A stretch of DNA of 64,000 nt, taken from Chloroflexota bacterium. GTDB taxonomy: Bacteria; Chloroflexota; Anaerolineae; Anaerolineales; Villigracilaceae. The DNA is taken from positions 3,207-67,206 of the forward strand of contig JBMOMN010000036.1 of assembly GCA_049324115.1 (NCBI GenBank), given 5' to 3'. The position numbers and the translations under genes were made by a program. The notes beneath the pieces are model-generated. The model ran no database searches, was not told the DNA's origin, and saw only the letters and a list, made by a program, of their open reading frames with translations. Shown piece after piece: positions 20,036 to 28,317 of the stretch; the first letter of the stretch is position 1; each line of letters starts with the position of its first letter.

Positions 20036-20518
20036 ATGCAGCAATATCTCAACTCCCATTCCCTCGTCATTATCGCCCTGGCGCTGGTCGCATTGGCAGC
20101 CTTTCTCCTCCTGCGCGACAAGCCCAAATGGAGTGACCTGCTCGCCTTCGGCGTGATCGTCGCCGGGCTGGCAGCGGCCTGGTTTGCCCTCCGGCCCACC
20201 CAGACCCCGCTCATGGAAAGCTCGGCCAAAGTCCAGGCCATGATCGGGGCGGGTAAACCCGTCCTGCTCGAATTCCAATCCCCCTACTGAATTGCCTGCA
20301 CGATGATGAAACCCGTCGTGGACGGGCTGGAAAAGGAACTCAACGGCCGGGTGGAATTCATCCGCCTGAACATCCAAGATGAAGCCGGCCAGGAACTCGC
20401 CCCGCTGTACGGCTTCGAGTACACACCCACTTTCATTTTCTTCGACGCCCAGGGCAACGAGGTCTGGCGCGAGGTCGGGCGTCTGGACCCGCAGCGGGTG
20501 CGCGACGCCCTGGAATAG
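20036..20518 (+). CDS. Membrane-anchored thioredoxin-fold protein with an in-frame TGA at the redox motif (candidate selenoprotein, UxxC) or a disrupted gene
   Basis: ORFs 20036-20290 and 20303-20518 are in the same frame. Read-through gives ...KPVLLEFQSPY-[TGA]-IAC-TMMKPVVDGLEKEL..., so the TGA occupies the first Cys of a thioredoxin CxxC. A hairpin lies at 20312-20326. Confidence 0.55.
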
Positions 20519-20519
20519 C

Positions 20520-21080
20520 ATGTTCCGCCGCCTGATCTTCAACCTGTGGTACCTGCGCCGCCCGCCCTGGGACAGCGGCATCACCCCACCCGAACTCAAA
20601 GAATTCATCGCCACGCATGATCCCGGCCGCGCCCTCGACATCGGCTGCGGCAGCGGGACGAACGTGGTCGCCCTGGCCGAAGCCGGCTGGCAGGTCACGG
20701 GCGTGGATTTCGCCCCGCAGGCCGTCAAAAAAGCCCGCGCCAAAGTCCGCCAGGCCGGCGTATCTGCCGACCTGCGGGTGGGCGACGCGACGCAGCTCAA
20801 GGGCATCACCGGCCCGTTCGATCTGGCTCTCGACATCGGCTGTTTTCACGGGCTGGGCGCGGGGAAGGTGGACTACCTCGCCGCCCTGGACCGGGTGCTG
20901 GCCCCGGGCGGATCCTGGCTGATGTACGGATTCTTCAAATCCCCGCCGGATCACGCGGGACCCGGGCTTGCCGCGCCCGACCTGGGCCTGATCCACGCCC
21001 ATTTCGCTCTCATCTCCCGGCAAGACGGCTTCGACAAACACCAGCGCCCCTCGGCCTGGTTTTTGTACCAAAAACCGTAA
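20520..21080 (+). CDS. Class I SAM-dependent methyltransferase
   Basis: Starts MFRRLIFNLWYLRRPPWD and has SAM motif I ALDIGCGSGTNV. Its ATG lies 1 nt after the stop of the upstream thioredoxin-like gene. Confidence 0.8.
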   Translation: MFRRLIFNLWYLRRPPWDSGITPPELKEFIATHDPGRALDIGCGSGTNVVALAEAGWQVTGVDFAPQAVKKARAKVRQAGVSADLRVGDATQLKGITGPFDLALDIGCFHGLGAGKVDYLAALDRVLAPGGSWLMYGFFKSPPDHAGPGLAAPDLGLIHAHFALISRQDGFDKHQRPSAWFLYQKP

Positions 21081-21135
21081 CAAAACTTCGGAAGTATTAC
21101 AAAAGAAGACTTCCGAAGTTTGCCTGAATACTGGT

Positions 21136-22074
21136 ATGCGCATCCTCTTCCTCTTCCTCGACGGCATCGGCCTCGGCCCCGACGACCCCGCGACCAACCC
21201 CCTCGCCCGCGCCCACATGCCCACCCTCCAATCCCTGCTCGGCGGACAGCGCCTGCTGGCGTCCGCCGCGCCGTATCACGGCGAGCGGGCCACCCTCCTG
21301 GCCCTGGACGCCGCCCTGGGCGTGGACGGGCTGCCCCAGTCCGCCACGGGACAGGCGGTGCTGGTGACCGGGGTCAACGTCCCGGCGGAGATCGGCTACC
21401 ATTACGGCCCCAAGCCCAACCCCGAAGTGGCGGCCTATCTCAATAACGGGAACACGCTCTTTTCCTGGCTGCGCGCCGAGGGGAAATCCGCCGCCTTGCT
21501 CAACGCCTATCCGCCGCGCTACTTCGACGGGATCGAGAGCGGCAAACGGCTCTACTCGTCCATCCCGCTGGCCGTCACCAGCGCCGGCATCCCGCTTTTC
21601 ACGCAAAAGGAATTATTCGCCGGGGAAGCCCTGTCAGCCGATTTCACCGGCCAGGGCTGGCGCGAGATGCTCGGCTTCCCGGATGCGCCGCTGATGAGTC
21701 CGCAACAGGCCGGGGAAAAATTGCTCCAATTGGCTATGCGCTACGACTTCTCCCTGTTCGAGTATTGGGCCAGCGACTACGCCGGTCACAAGCAAAACAT
21801 GGACTGGGCGGTGCGGCAGATGGAGGCCTTCGATGGGGTGCTGGAGGGGATTTTGGAGACTGGAGACTGGGGACCGGGGACGGAACAGGATGAGCTGCTG
21901 GTTTTGGTGACCTCCGACCACGGGAACATGGAGGACCTGTCCACCCGGCGGCATACGGGGGCCAAAGTGCCGGGGCTGTTGATCGGGTCGAGGGCGGCGA
22001 GGGAGCGGTTTGCGGAGGGGTTGTCCAGTTTGGCAGACGTGGTCCCGGTAATAAGGAGGGCGCTGGCCAGGTAG
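21136..22074 (+). CDS. Alkaline-phosphatase-superfamily metalloenzyme (cofactor-independent phosphoglycerate mutase / phosphopentomutase-like)
   Basis: 312 aa with an N-terminal ILFLFLDGIGLG and a C-terminal VTSDHGNMED metal-site motif. Confidence 0.65.
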   Translation: MRILFLFLDGIGLGPDDPATNPLARAHMPTLQSLLGGQRLLASAAPYHGERATLLALDAALGVDGLPQSATGQAVLVTGVNVPAEIGYHYGPKPNPEVAAYLNNGNTLFSWLRAEGKSAALLNAYPPRYFDGIESGKRLYSSIPLAVTSAGIPLFTQKELFAGEALSADFTGQGWREMLGFPDAPLMSPQQAGEKLLQLAMRYDFSLFEYWASDYAGHKQNMDWAVRQMEAFDGVLEGILETGDWGPGTEQDELLVLVTSDHGNMEDLSTRRHTGAKVPGLLIGSRAARERFAEGLSSLADVVPVIRRALAR

Positions 22075-22200
22075 TAGCTCACGTTCAAAACGTGACCTAC
22101 GACTTCGGAAGTCTTGGCAAGTTTGGCAGATGTAACTCCGGCGATACGGAGAATCTTGCAAAAAATAAAAAATGTAGACATTGACTGGAGGGTACCAAAA

Positions 22201-22568
22201 ATGATACAATCGTCGGCGGATGATGAGAATTTGCGCTTGAAGGTGGTATTCTTTCGGACCGAAAGAGGCCATGAACCGGTTCGCGAATGGCTGAAATCGC
22301 TTTCGCAGGAAGAGAGACGCGCCATCGGCGAGGATGTAAAAACAGCGCAATTTGGATGGCCATTGGGAATGCCGCTTATCCGCAAACTGGAACCGGGATT
22401 TGGGAAGTGCGCTCACATCTTCCTTCTGGCATAGCACGAGCTTTATTCACGATTGAAGGCAATATGATGATCCTTCTGCATGGGTTTATCAAGAAATCCC
22501 AAAAGACGCCCCCTGAGGATTTACATCTTGTCCGAAGACGATTGGCACAATTACGAGGTGAGTCATGA
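22201..22568 (+). pseudogene. higB: HigB/Gp49-like (RelE superfamily) toxin carrying a 1-nt frameshift
   Basis: The N-terminal part is in frame 1 (...VVFFRTERGHEPVREWLKSL...RKLEPG). The C-terminal part is in frame 0 (IWEVRSHLPSGIARALFTIEGNMMILLHGFIKKSQKTPPEDL). The junction is at the G-run 22395-22397. Confidence 0.7.
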
Positions 22569-22846
22569 AAAAAGAACACATCGGTTCCGATTTCGACGAG
22601 TTCCTGGCTGAGGAAGGTCTGTTGGCCGAAGCCGAGGCTGTGGCGATCAAGCGGGTGATCGCTTTCCAGGTTGAACAGTTGATGAAGGAACAACACCTGA
22701 CCAAGACCGAGATGTCCCGCCGCATGAACACCAGCCGGGCCGCCCTGGAACGCTTGCTCGACCCCCGCTCGCCAGCCGTCACCCTCCAAACCCTGGACCG
22801 GGCCGCCAGGGCCTTGGGTAAACGCCTGCAAATCACGCTGACGTAA
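22565..22846 (+). CDS. higA: XRE-family HTH antitoxin (HigA-like)
   Basis: 93 aa with the HTH segment LTKTEMSRRMNTSRAALERLL. It overlaps the toxin stop by 4 nt and is followed by a hairpin at about 22857-22880. Confidence 0.8.
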   Translation: MKKEHIGSDFDEFLAEEGLLAEAEAVAIKRVIAFQVEQLMKEQHLTKTEMSRRMNTSRAALERLLDPRSPAVTLQTLDRAARALGKRLQITLT

Positions 22847-23129
22847 ACAGTTCACGGACTCAAAAGTCTCCCGACTTTTGAGCGGCAAGGCGGGTCACTT
22901 GTAGGGACAAATTGGCAATTTGTCCTACGAACTACGGTCCAACCCTCCACGAATGGGACCGCGAATACACAAACCGGGACGACTCTTCGTTCATTCGCGC
23001 CTTATTCGTTCCATTCGTGGGCGGAGGTTCCGCAACCTTCGCAAGGTTGTTTGTCGGAACCCAAAGGGGGCTACGCCCCCTCTGGACACCCCCACAGGAT
23101 TCAGAAAACAGAAGCCAGAATCCAAAACC

Positions 23130-25376
23130 TTAACCGGGGGAGAGCACCACACGGAAACCAAGATAGCTGTTGAAGTCGTCAGGAGAGTTCCTGTACCGAA
23201 AGGCACAGCGGGCGTTGTTCCGATTGATGTTCCACGAGCCGCCGCGCACCGCCCGCGCTCCCGAAGCATTTTCATCTTCCCTTTTGAGCTGCGCTTTGAT
23301 CTCTGCCGGGTATGGATATTTATCCCACAGGGAGCGGGTCCACTCCCAGACGTTGCCGCTCATATCTGCCACGCCATACGGGCTGTCGCCCAGCGGGGAG
23401 AACTGCGTTACCGGGGTCGTCCCGCCAATCTTGATTTCGCTCGAATTACAGCGTTTCGGGTCCCAGTCGTCCCCCCAGGGATAGAGGTTGCCATACGCGC
23501 CGCGGGCGGCCTTTTCCCACTCGGCCTCGGAGGGCAGGCGGTAGAGATAGCCGGAGGGCAAATCCGCCTTTTGGGTTTCGTTCAGCCAGGCGATGAATTT
23601 TTGAGCATTTTGCCAGGATACCCGCGTCACCGGATGGTCTTTCTTTTTCTGCCAATCCGAAACGGGGTGCTCCCCGCCGGCCGCTTTCAAATACACGCCG
23701 TATTCGGCGTTGGTGACCGGGAAGCGGGCCATGAAGTAATCGTAGGGGAGGTCGAGGGTATGTTGAGGCTTTTCGTCATCAGCAGCAAACTTATCATCGT
23801 CCTTGCTGCCCATGATGAATTTGCCCGCAGGAATGGGCATGAATTCCATCCCGGCGAAGAAGCGCGCCCCTTCGCGGGAAGGCTGCTGGCCTTTTGGCCC
23901 CAGGCCGCGAGTGGTTATCGTTTCATCAGCGGGTTCGAGGTCTTCGGGTTTAAGGTCAAAGGTCGCAGGTTGCAGGTCCGGTTCTTGGGTCTGGGCTTCG
24001 GCAGGCCCTTCGACTTCGCTCAGGGCGGGTTTCTCTTGGGCAGGTTTCTCCGGCGGGGCGGAGAGATGCAGGAAATCGTCCAGGGCGGCGGCGTCGAAGG
24101 CCGGACTGAAGGCTTCGATAGCCCGCAGGGTGCGCCGCAGGCGCGGCACTTTGTTGTAGCCTTCGTAATAACTCTCCAATGGCCTGGCTTCCTCGCCCCC
24201 CGCAGCCCATTTGAGCGCATCCCGCACGAAATCGAAACGCAACTCCATATCGTCGAAATCGAAAATCTTGTCTTTGAACTCCGGCGGGGCGGCCCGCATC
24301 AGCACCTGCCAGCGTACAAAATCATCCCTGACCCCGGCGTGTCCCTTGCCGGTGTTGAGCAGCAAGGCCCAGGCCAGGTTGATGTCGTTCAGGAAGGTTT
24401 TGACCTTGCGCGGGTTGAGTTCGGCCCCCACGGAAATGATCTGCCAGTGCTTCGCCATCTCAGGATCGTGGCTTTGAGCCTGGATGAACTGGCCCATCTC
24501 TTCATCGGGCAGGGAGGGCAGGTTGAAGCGCAGTTGGATGATCTTTTCGAGATATTCGCCGCTCTCTGATCCATCCGCAAACTTGTAATGTTCTTTCACC
24601 GCCTCCCGCACCCGGTCGGCGTCCGCGCCGAGCACGAAGACACAGCCTTTTTTGTCCAGGAACAACTTGACCGCTTCCAGCACCTGGACGGTCTTCTCCG
24701 GCAGGCAGCGGTCGAGGTCGTCTATGAAAATGACCAGCGCGCCTTCCTGGTCGTTGATCTTCGGGTACTGGCTCTTGCCATGCACCCAGAGCGCCAGCAG
24801 GTTTTCGAAGGCGCTGTCGAAATAGTCGAAAAAGGCGGTGTGGGTCTTGAAAGGCGACTCGCTGCGATGCTTCTGCGGATCGAATTTGACCTGCAATTCC
24901 GCTCCCAGCCCGCCGAATTTGAACTGGAAGGCGTTGATGAACATTTCAACGAAATCGTACTCCGGCGCAAGCTCCTCCCCGCCTAAAATTGCCTTGAACT
25001 TATCCTTCAATTTCCCGGCTTGCATTTCCTGCAAAATCTTGCGGACCAGCGCCACCAGCAGTTCGGATTCATCCTGGTATTTCCAGGCGTCGAACCAGAC
25101 GACTTTGCATGGGCGAAACTGTGCCTTTTCCTGTGGATCGAAATAGCCGCTTTGGGCCTTGAGCATCATCTCTATCCGGTGCAGGAGGGTAGTCTTTCCC
25201 GATCCCCATGCGCCGCTGATGCCGATCACCAACGGGGTGCGCGTTTCGATGCTTGCGACCAGGCGGGACAGGGTTATCGCGAAGGCATCGAAGTTGAATG
25301 CGGCCTTTTCATCCAATTCGAGCGGCAGGTCATGGCGGATTTTTGGCGTTTCGAGTTTGCGTTTTCTGTCTGTCAT
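23130..25376 (-). CDS. KAP-family P-loop NTPase fused to a C-terminal FGE/SUMF1 (formylglycine-generating-enzyme-like) domain
   Basis: Walker A GISGAWGSGKTTLL, FDAWKYQDE and Walker B LVIFIDDLDRC are KAP hallmarks. After a Pro/Glu linker the C-terminal region has FGE motifs (RVSWQNAQKF, YRLPSEAEWEKAARG, GNVWEWT, RGGSW). The start is set at ATG 25376 with a GGGGAGAG RBS; the raw ORF extends to 25418. Confidence 0.85.
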   Translation of the reverse strand: MTDRKRKLETPKIRHDLPLELDEKAAFNFDAFAITLSRLVASIETRTPLVIGISGAWGSGKTTLLHRIEMMLKAQSGYFDPQEKAQFRPCKVVWFDAWKYQDESELLVALVRKILQEMQAGKLKDKFKAILGGEELAPEYDFVEMFINAFQFKFGGLGAELQVKFDPQKHRSESPFKTHTAFFDYFDSAFENLLALWVHGKSQYPKINDQEGALVIFIDDLDRCLPEKTVQVLEAVKLFLDKKGCVFVLGADADRVREAVKEHYKFADGSESGEYLEKIIQLRFNLPSLPDEEMGQFIQAQSHDPEMAKHWQIISVGAELNPRKVKTFLNDINLAWALLLNTGKGHAGVRDDFVRWQVLMRAAPPEFKDKIFDFDDMELRFDFVRDALKWAAGGEEARPLESYYEGYNKVPRLRRTLRAIEAFSPAFDAAALDDFLHLSAPPEKPAQEKPALSEVEGPAEAQTQEPDLQPATFDLKPEDLEPADETITTRGLGPKGQQPSREGARFFAGMEFMPIPAGKFIMGSKDDDKFAADDEKPQHTLDLPYDYFMARFPVTNAEYGVYLKAAGGEHPVSDWQKKKDHPVTRVSWQNAQKFIAWLNETQKADLPSGYLYRLPSEAEWEKAARGAYGNLYPWGDDWDPKRCNSSEIKIGGTTPVTQFSPLGDSPYGVADMSGNVWEWTRSLWDKYPYPAEIKAQLKREDENASGARAVRGGSWNINRNNARCAFRYRNSPDDFNSYLGFRVVLSPG

Positions 25377-25406
25377 ATCACTCTCCCCAATGGGACGGAG
25401 GGTGGA

Positions 25407-25570
25407 GGTGCGTCGCACCTGTTTCGACGGGAGCGGCCTCAGCCAGAAGCGGTTCTGCTTTAGCGGATGCGCCTACTGAGGGTGCGTCGCACCTGTTTCA
25501 ACGGGAGCAGCCTCAGCCAGAAGCGGTTCCGCTTTAGCGGATGCGCCTGCCGGTCAGGTGCGTCGCACTC
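25407..25570. repeat. Tandem repeat of about 75 bp (2.1 copies), each starting with the palindrome GGTGCGTCGCACC
   Basis: Copies start at 25407, 25481 and 25557 (the last partial). The array lies immediately upstream of the KAP-FGE gene. Confidence 0.8.
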
Positions 25571-25702
25571 GCGGGCAGGGTCGTTCTTTATCATTGTACA
25601 ACAACCGGACAAAAATTAAGCCAGCTATTTTATTGAATCGAGCCAGCTTAATTTGTGTGTCGAGCATGCTCGATTCACGAGCAGTCACGTTTCAAACGTG
25701 AC

Positions 25703-26983
25703 CTACACAAATCTCATGAAGACCTGGTTGGCGAGCAGGCGGGCGCGGGGGGTGAGCCTTAAGACTTCCGAAGTCTTGCCTCGCTCCGCTGCGCTTCGGG
25801 GGTGCTTCGCAAAGACTTCGGAAGTCTCCGGTACAGCCCACTCGACCAGGCCCAACCGGAGCAGATCGTCCACTTCCTGCGGGAAGGCTTCGGGGATGGA
25901 CAGGCCGTAGCGGGCGCGGAAATCGCTATCGGATACGCCTTCGCGGGTCAGGCGCAGGCCGGTCATCATCGTCTCCTGCATGTCTTCGCGGGGGGTGTTT
26001 TTGTGGGAGTTGACCGTCGCAGGGGTCAGTGGGAATTGGTAATTGGTAATTGGTAAATCGTAAGTCGTAAGTCGTTCGATGTAGGTCTTGATGCGCAGGA
26101 CGTTCGAGTAGCGCACCCCGTCGGCGTAGCCGTGCGCGCCGGCGCCGAGTCCCAGGTAGGGCAGGTTGCGCCAGTATTGCAGGTTGTGGCGGCACTCAAA
26201 TTCTGAATTCTGAATTCTGAATTCTGAATTTGCCTTCGCCCAATTGGAAATCTCGTATTGGATAAAGCCATTCTGACCCAGGAACCCGTCGGCCCACTCG
26301 TACATTTCGGCGGCCACATCCGGGTCAGGAGATGAGAGCAGGCCCCGGGCGGACCAGCGCCCGAAGGGGGTCCCGTGCTCCAGGGTCAGGGCGTAGAGCG
26401 AGAGATGCTCCGGGGACAGGTCCACGGCCCGTTTGACGGTAGCCTGCCAGCGGTCCAGGGATTGTTCCGGGAGGCCGTAGATCAGGTCGAGGGACAGGTT
26501 GTCGAAACCGGCGCGCCGCGCCCAGGTCACGGCTTCGATCACGTCGAAGAAATCGTGCTCCCGTTCGAGCATCCGCAGCTCGTCGGGATGGGAGGACTGG
26601 ACGCCGAAACTGATGCGGTTGACGCCCAGGGAGCGCAGGTCACGCAGGTATTCGAGCGAGACCGTGCCGGGGTTGGCTTCGATGGTGGTCTCGGGGTTGT
26701 CGAGGGGAAAATGATCGGTGAGAGCGGCCAGGATTTGCTCGAATTGGGACGGGGATAAAAGCGATGGCGTGCCGCCGCCAAAGAAAATGGTTTTAGTCTG
26801 GTAGTTGGATAGTTGGTTCGTTCGATAGTCGGTTCGTTGGCCGAGAAAGCCGATCTCGCGGACGAGGGCGTCCACGTAGGCGGGGATGGCGGCACCCTGG
26901 CCGGCGTAGGTGTTGAAGTCGCAGTAAGCGCAGCGGTGGCGGCAGAAGGGGATGTGGAGGTAGATGGAGAGGGGGTGTGTCAT
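25703..26983 (-). CDS. hemW: Radical SAM heme chaperone HemW (HemN-like, oxygen-independent coproporphyrinogen oxidase family)
   Basis: The start is trimmed to MTHPLSIYLHIPFCRHRCAYCDF (CxxxCxxC), with GGGTPS and a HemN_C-like C-terminus. It carries several in-frame repeat insertions. Confidence 0.85.
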   Translation of the reverse strand: MTHPLSIYLHIPFCRHRCAYCDFNTYAGQGAAIPAYVDALVREIGFLGQRTDYRTNQLSNYQTKTIFFGGGTPSLLSPSQFEQILAALTDHFPLDNPETTIEANPGTVSLEYLRDLRSLGVNRISFGVQSSHPDELRMLEREHDFFDVIEAVTWARRAGFDNLSLDLIYGLPEQSLDRWQATVKRAVDLSPEHLSLYALTLEHGTPFGRWSARGLLSSPDPDVAAEMYEWADGFLGQNGFIQYEISNWAKANSEFRIQNSEFECRHNLQYWRNLPYLGLGAGAHGYADGVRYSNVLRIKTYIERLTTYDLPITNYQFPLTPATVNSHKNTPREDMQETMMTGLRLTREGVSDSDFRARYGLSIPEAFPQEVDDLLRLGLVEWAVPETSEVFAKHPRSAAERGKTSEVLRLTPRARLLANQVFMRFV

Positions 26984-27017
26984 TGGTTGGGTCCGTTCCG
27001 ATTTGGTGCTCGATGAA

Positions 27018-27195
27018 GTGTTGCGTGGAGAGTGTTGCGTGGAGAGAGTTGCGTGGAACGTGTTGCGTGAACGTGTTGCGTGGAGAGTGTTGCGTGGAAC
27101 GTGTTGCGTAGAGCGTGTTCCGTGTTTACTGTGTACCTGTTTACGTGGTGCGTGTTTACGTGTGTACCTGTGTACCTGGATGCGTGGTACGCGGC
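27018..27195. repeat. Degenerate tandem repeats (about 14-nt GTGTTGCGTGGAGA units, then GTGTACCTG/GTGTTTACG units)
   Basis: At least 7 consecutive GTGTTGCGTGGA-type units are visible. The region spans the hemW upstream region and the 3' end of the MFS gene. Confidence 0.75.
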
Positions 27196-28313
27196 AGGCC
27201 AACCAGGAGGGCGAGCGGCCCGGCGAGCAGCAGCCATAAGGCCGGGCCGAGACCGAAGGCCTGGGCCGCGGCCCCAATGCCGAACGGGAGCAGGCTGCCA
27301 ACCACGCCGGTGAGGTTGTCGAGAGCCATGACTGTGCCGCTCTGCCCCGGCATGGACGAGTATAACCTGCCCCGCAGGATGGCGTACCACCCGGCGTTGA
27401 ACAGTCCCATCAGCCCGAGCAGGGCCAGTTTGACGGGGAAGGCCGGGACGAGCAGGAAGGCCGGGAAGAGGGCCAGTTCGGCCAGCACGCTGACCCGCAG
27501 GTAGGCCAGCCCGTCGAAGCGTTCGAGCAGGGGGATGAGCAGGAAATCGCCCAGCAGCCCGACCCCGGTCCAGACCGCTACGGCGAAAGCCGCACTGGCA
27601 GGGGACAGCCCGGCCACGTCCACGAAGTAGAGCGCCAGGTAGCCGTAGAGCACGTCCAGCATCAGGTCGGAGAATTCGAGCAGGACGAGCCAGCGCAAGG
27701 TGGAGGTGTTGCGGAGGGAGTGGAGCGTGTTGCGTATTCCGTGGATGAGGTCGGAGAAACGGGGCAGGGCGTGGCGGCCGCCGGGGTCGGACGGGAGGGC
27801 GCGCCAAGCAGCCAGGACAGCCAGGACGGAGAGCAAGGCCAGCATCAGGTAGACGCCGCGCCAGGTGACGCCCGCAAAGGCCGCCAGCCCGAGGAAGACC
27901 GGACCCGTCACCACGCCCAGCGACCCGGCGAAGGTCCAGCGAGCCATGGCGTGGTCGTGGCGATCGGGAGCGGAATCCATCAGCGAAGCCTGCGACAGGC
28001 TGACGAAGGCCCCGGAGGAGGGGTAGAAAAGGATGAAAGAGAAAAGCAAGAGGGTAAAGCTGGAGGCGGTGGAGGTCAACAGGAGGGCGAGCGTGAAGAA
28101 GATCCCGCCGCCCAGGATCAGGGCACGCCGCCGCCAGACATCCCCCAGGATGCCGAGGAACGGCTCGATAAAAGTGGAGATCAATCCCGGCAGGCTGGCG
28201 GCCAGGCCGATCTGGAGGTAGGTCAGGCCCAGTTCGTCGCGGATGGCCGGCCAGGCCGCGGCGTGGACGCCGAAGACCAGTTCGTCGAGGAATTCGATGA
28301 TGAGGTAAAGCAT
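27156..28313 (-). CDS. MFS transporter
   Basis: 385 aa, about 12 TM helices, with an MFS-like loop GILGDVWRRR. Confidence 0.8.
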   Translation of the reverse strand: MLYLIIEFLDELVFGVHAAAWPAIRDELGLTYLQIGLAASLPGLISTFIEPFLGILGDVWRRRALILGGGIFFTLALLLTSTASSFTLLLFSFILFYPSSGAFVSLSQASLMDSAPDRHDHAMARWTFAGSLGVVTGPVFLGLAAFAGVTWRGVYLMLALLSVLAVLAAWRALPSDPGGRHALPRFSDLIHGIRNTLHSLRNTSTLRWLVLLEFSDLMLDVLYGYLALYFVDVAGLSPASAAFAVAVWTGVGLLGDFLLIPLLERFDGLAYLRVSVLAELALFPAFLLVPAFPVKLALLGLMGLFNAGWYAILRGRLYSSMPGQSGTVMALDNLTGVVGSLLPFGIGAAAQAFGLGPALWLLLAGPLALLVGLPRTTHPGTQVHT

Positions 28314-28317
28314 GGCG

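Noticed and set aside
19921-20241. N-terminal extensions of raw ORFs: EF-G-like to 20241, hemW to 27301, MBL hydrolase to 33318, flavoprotein to 48323, thioesterase to 56199, fhs from 58650, methyltransferase from 20379.
   Set aside because: The conserved family N-termini begin at internal Met codons, and most of these have a plausible RBS. The extensions run through repeats or neighbouring genes and have atypical composition.
22920-24569. A 549-aa plus-strand ORF across the KAP-FGE locus.
   Set aside because: It is antisense to a gene with clear Walker A/B and FGE motifs. Its own translation is Arg/Gly/Pro-rich with no recognisable domain.
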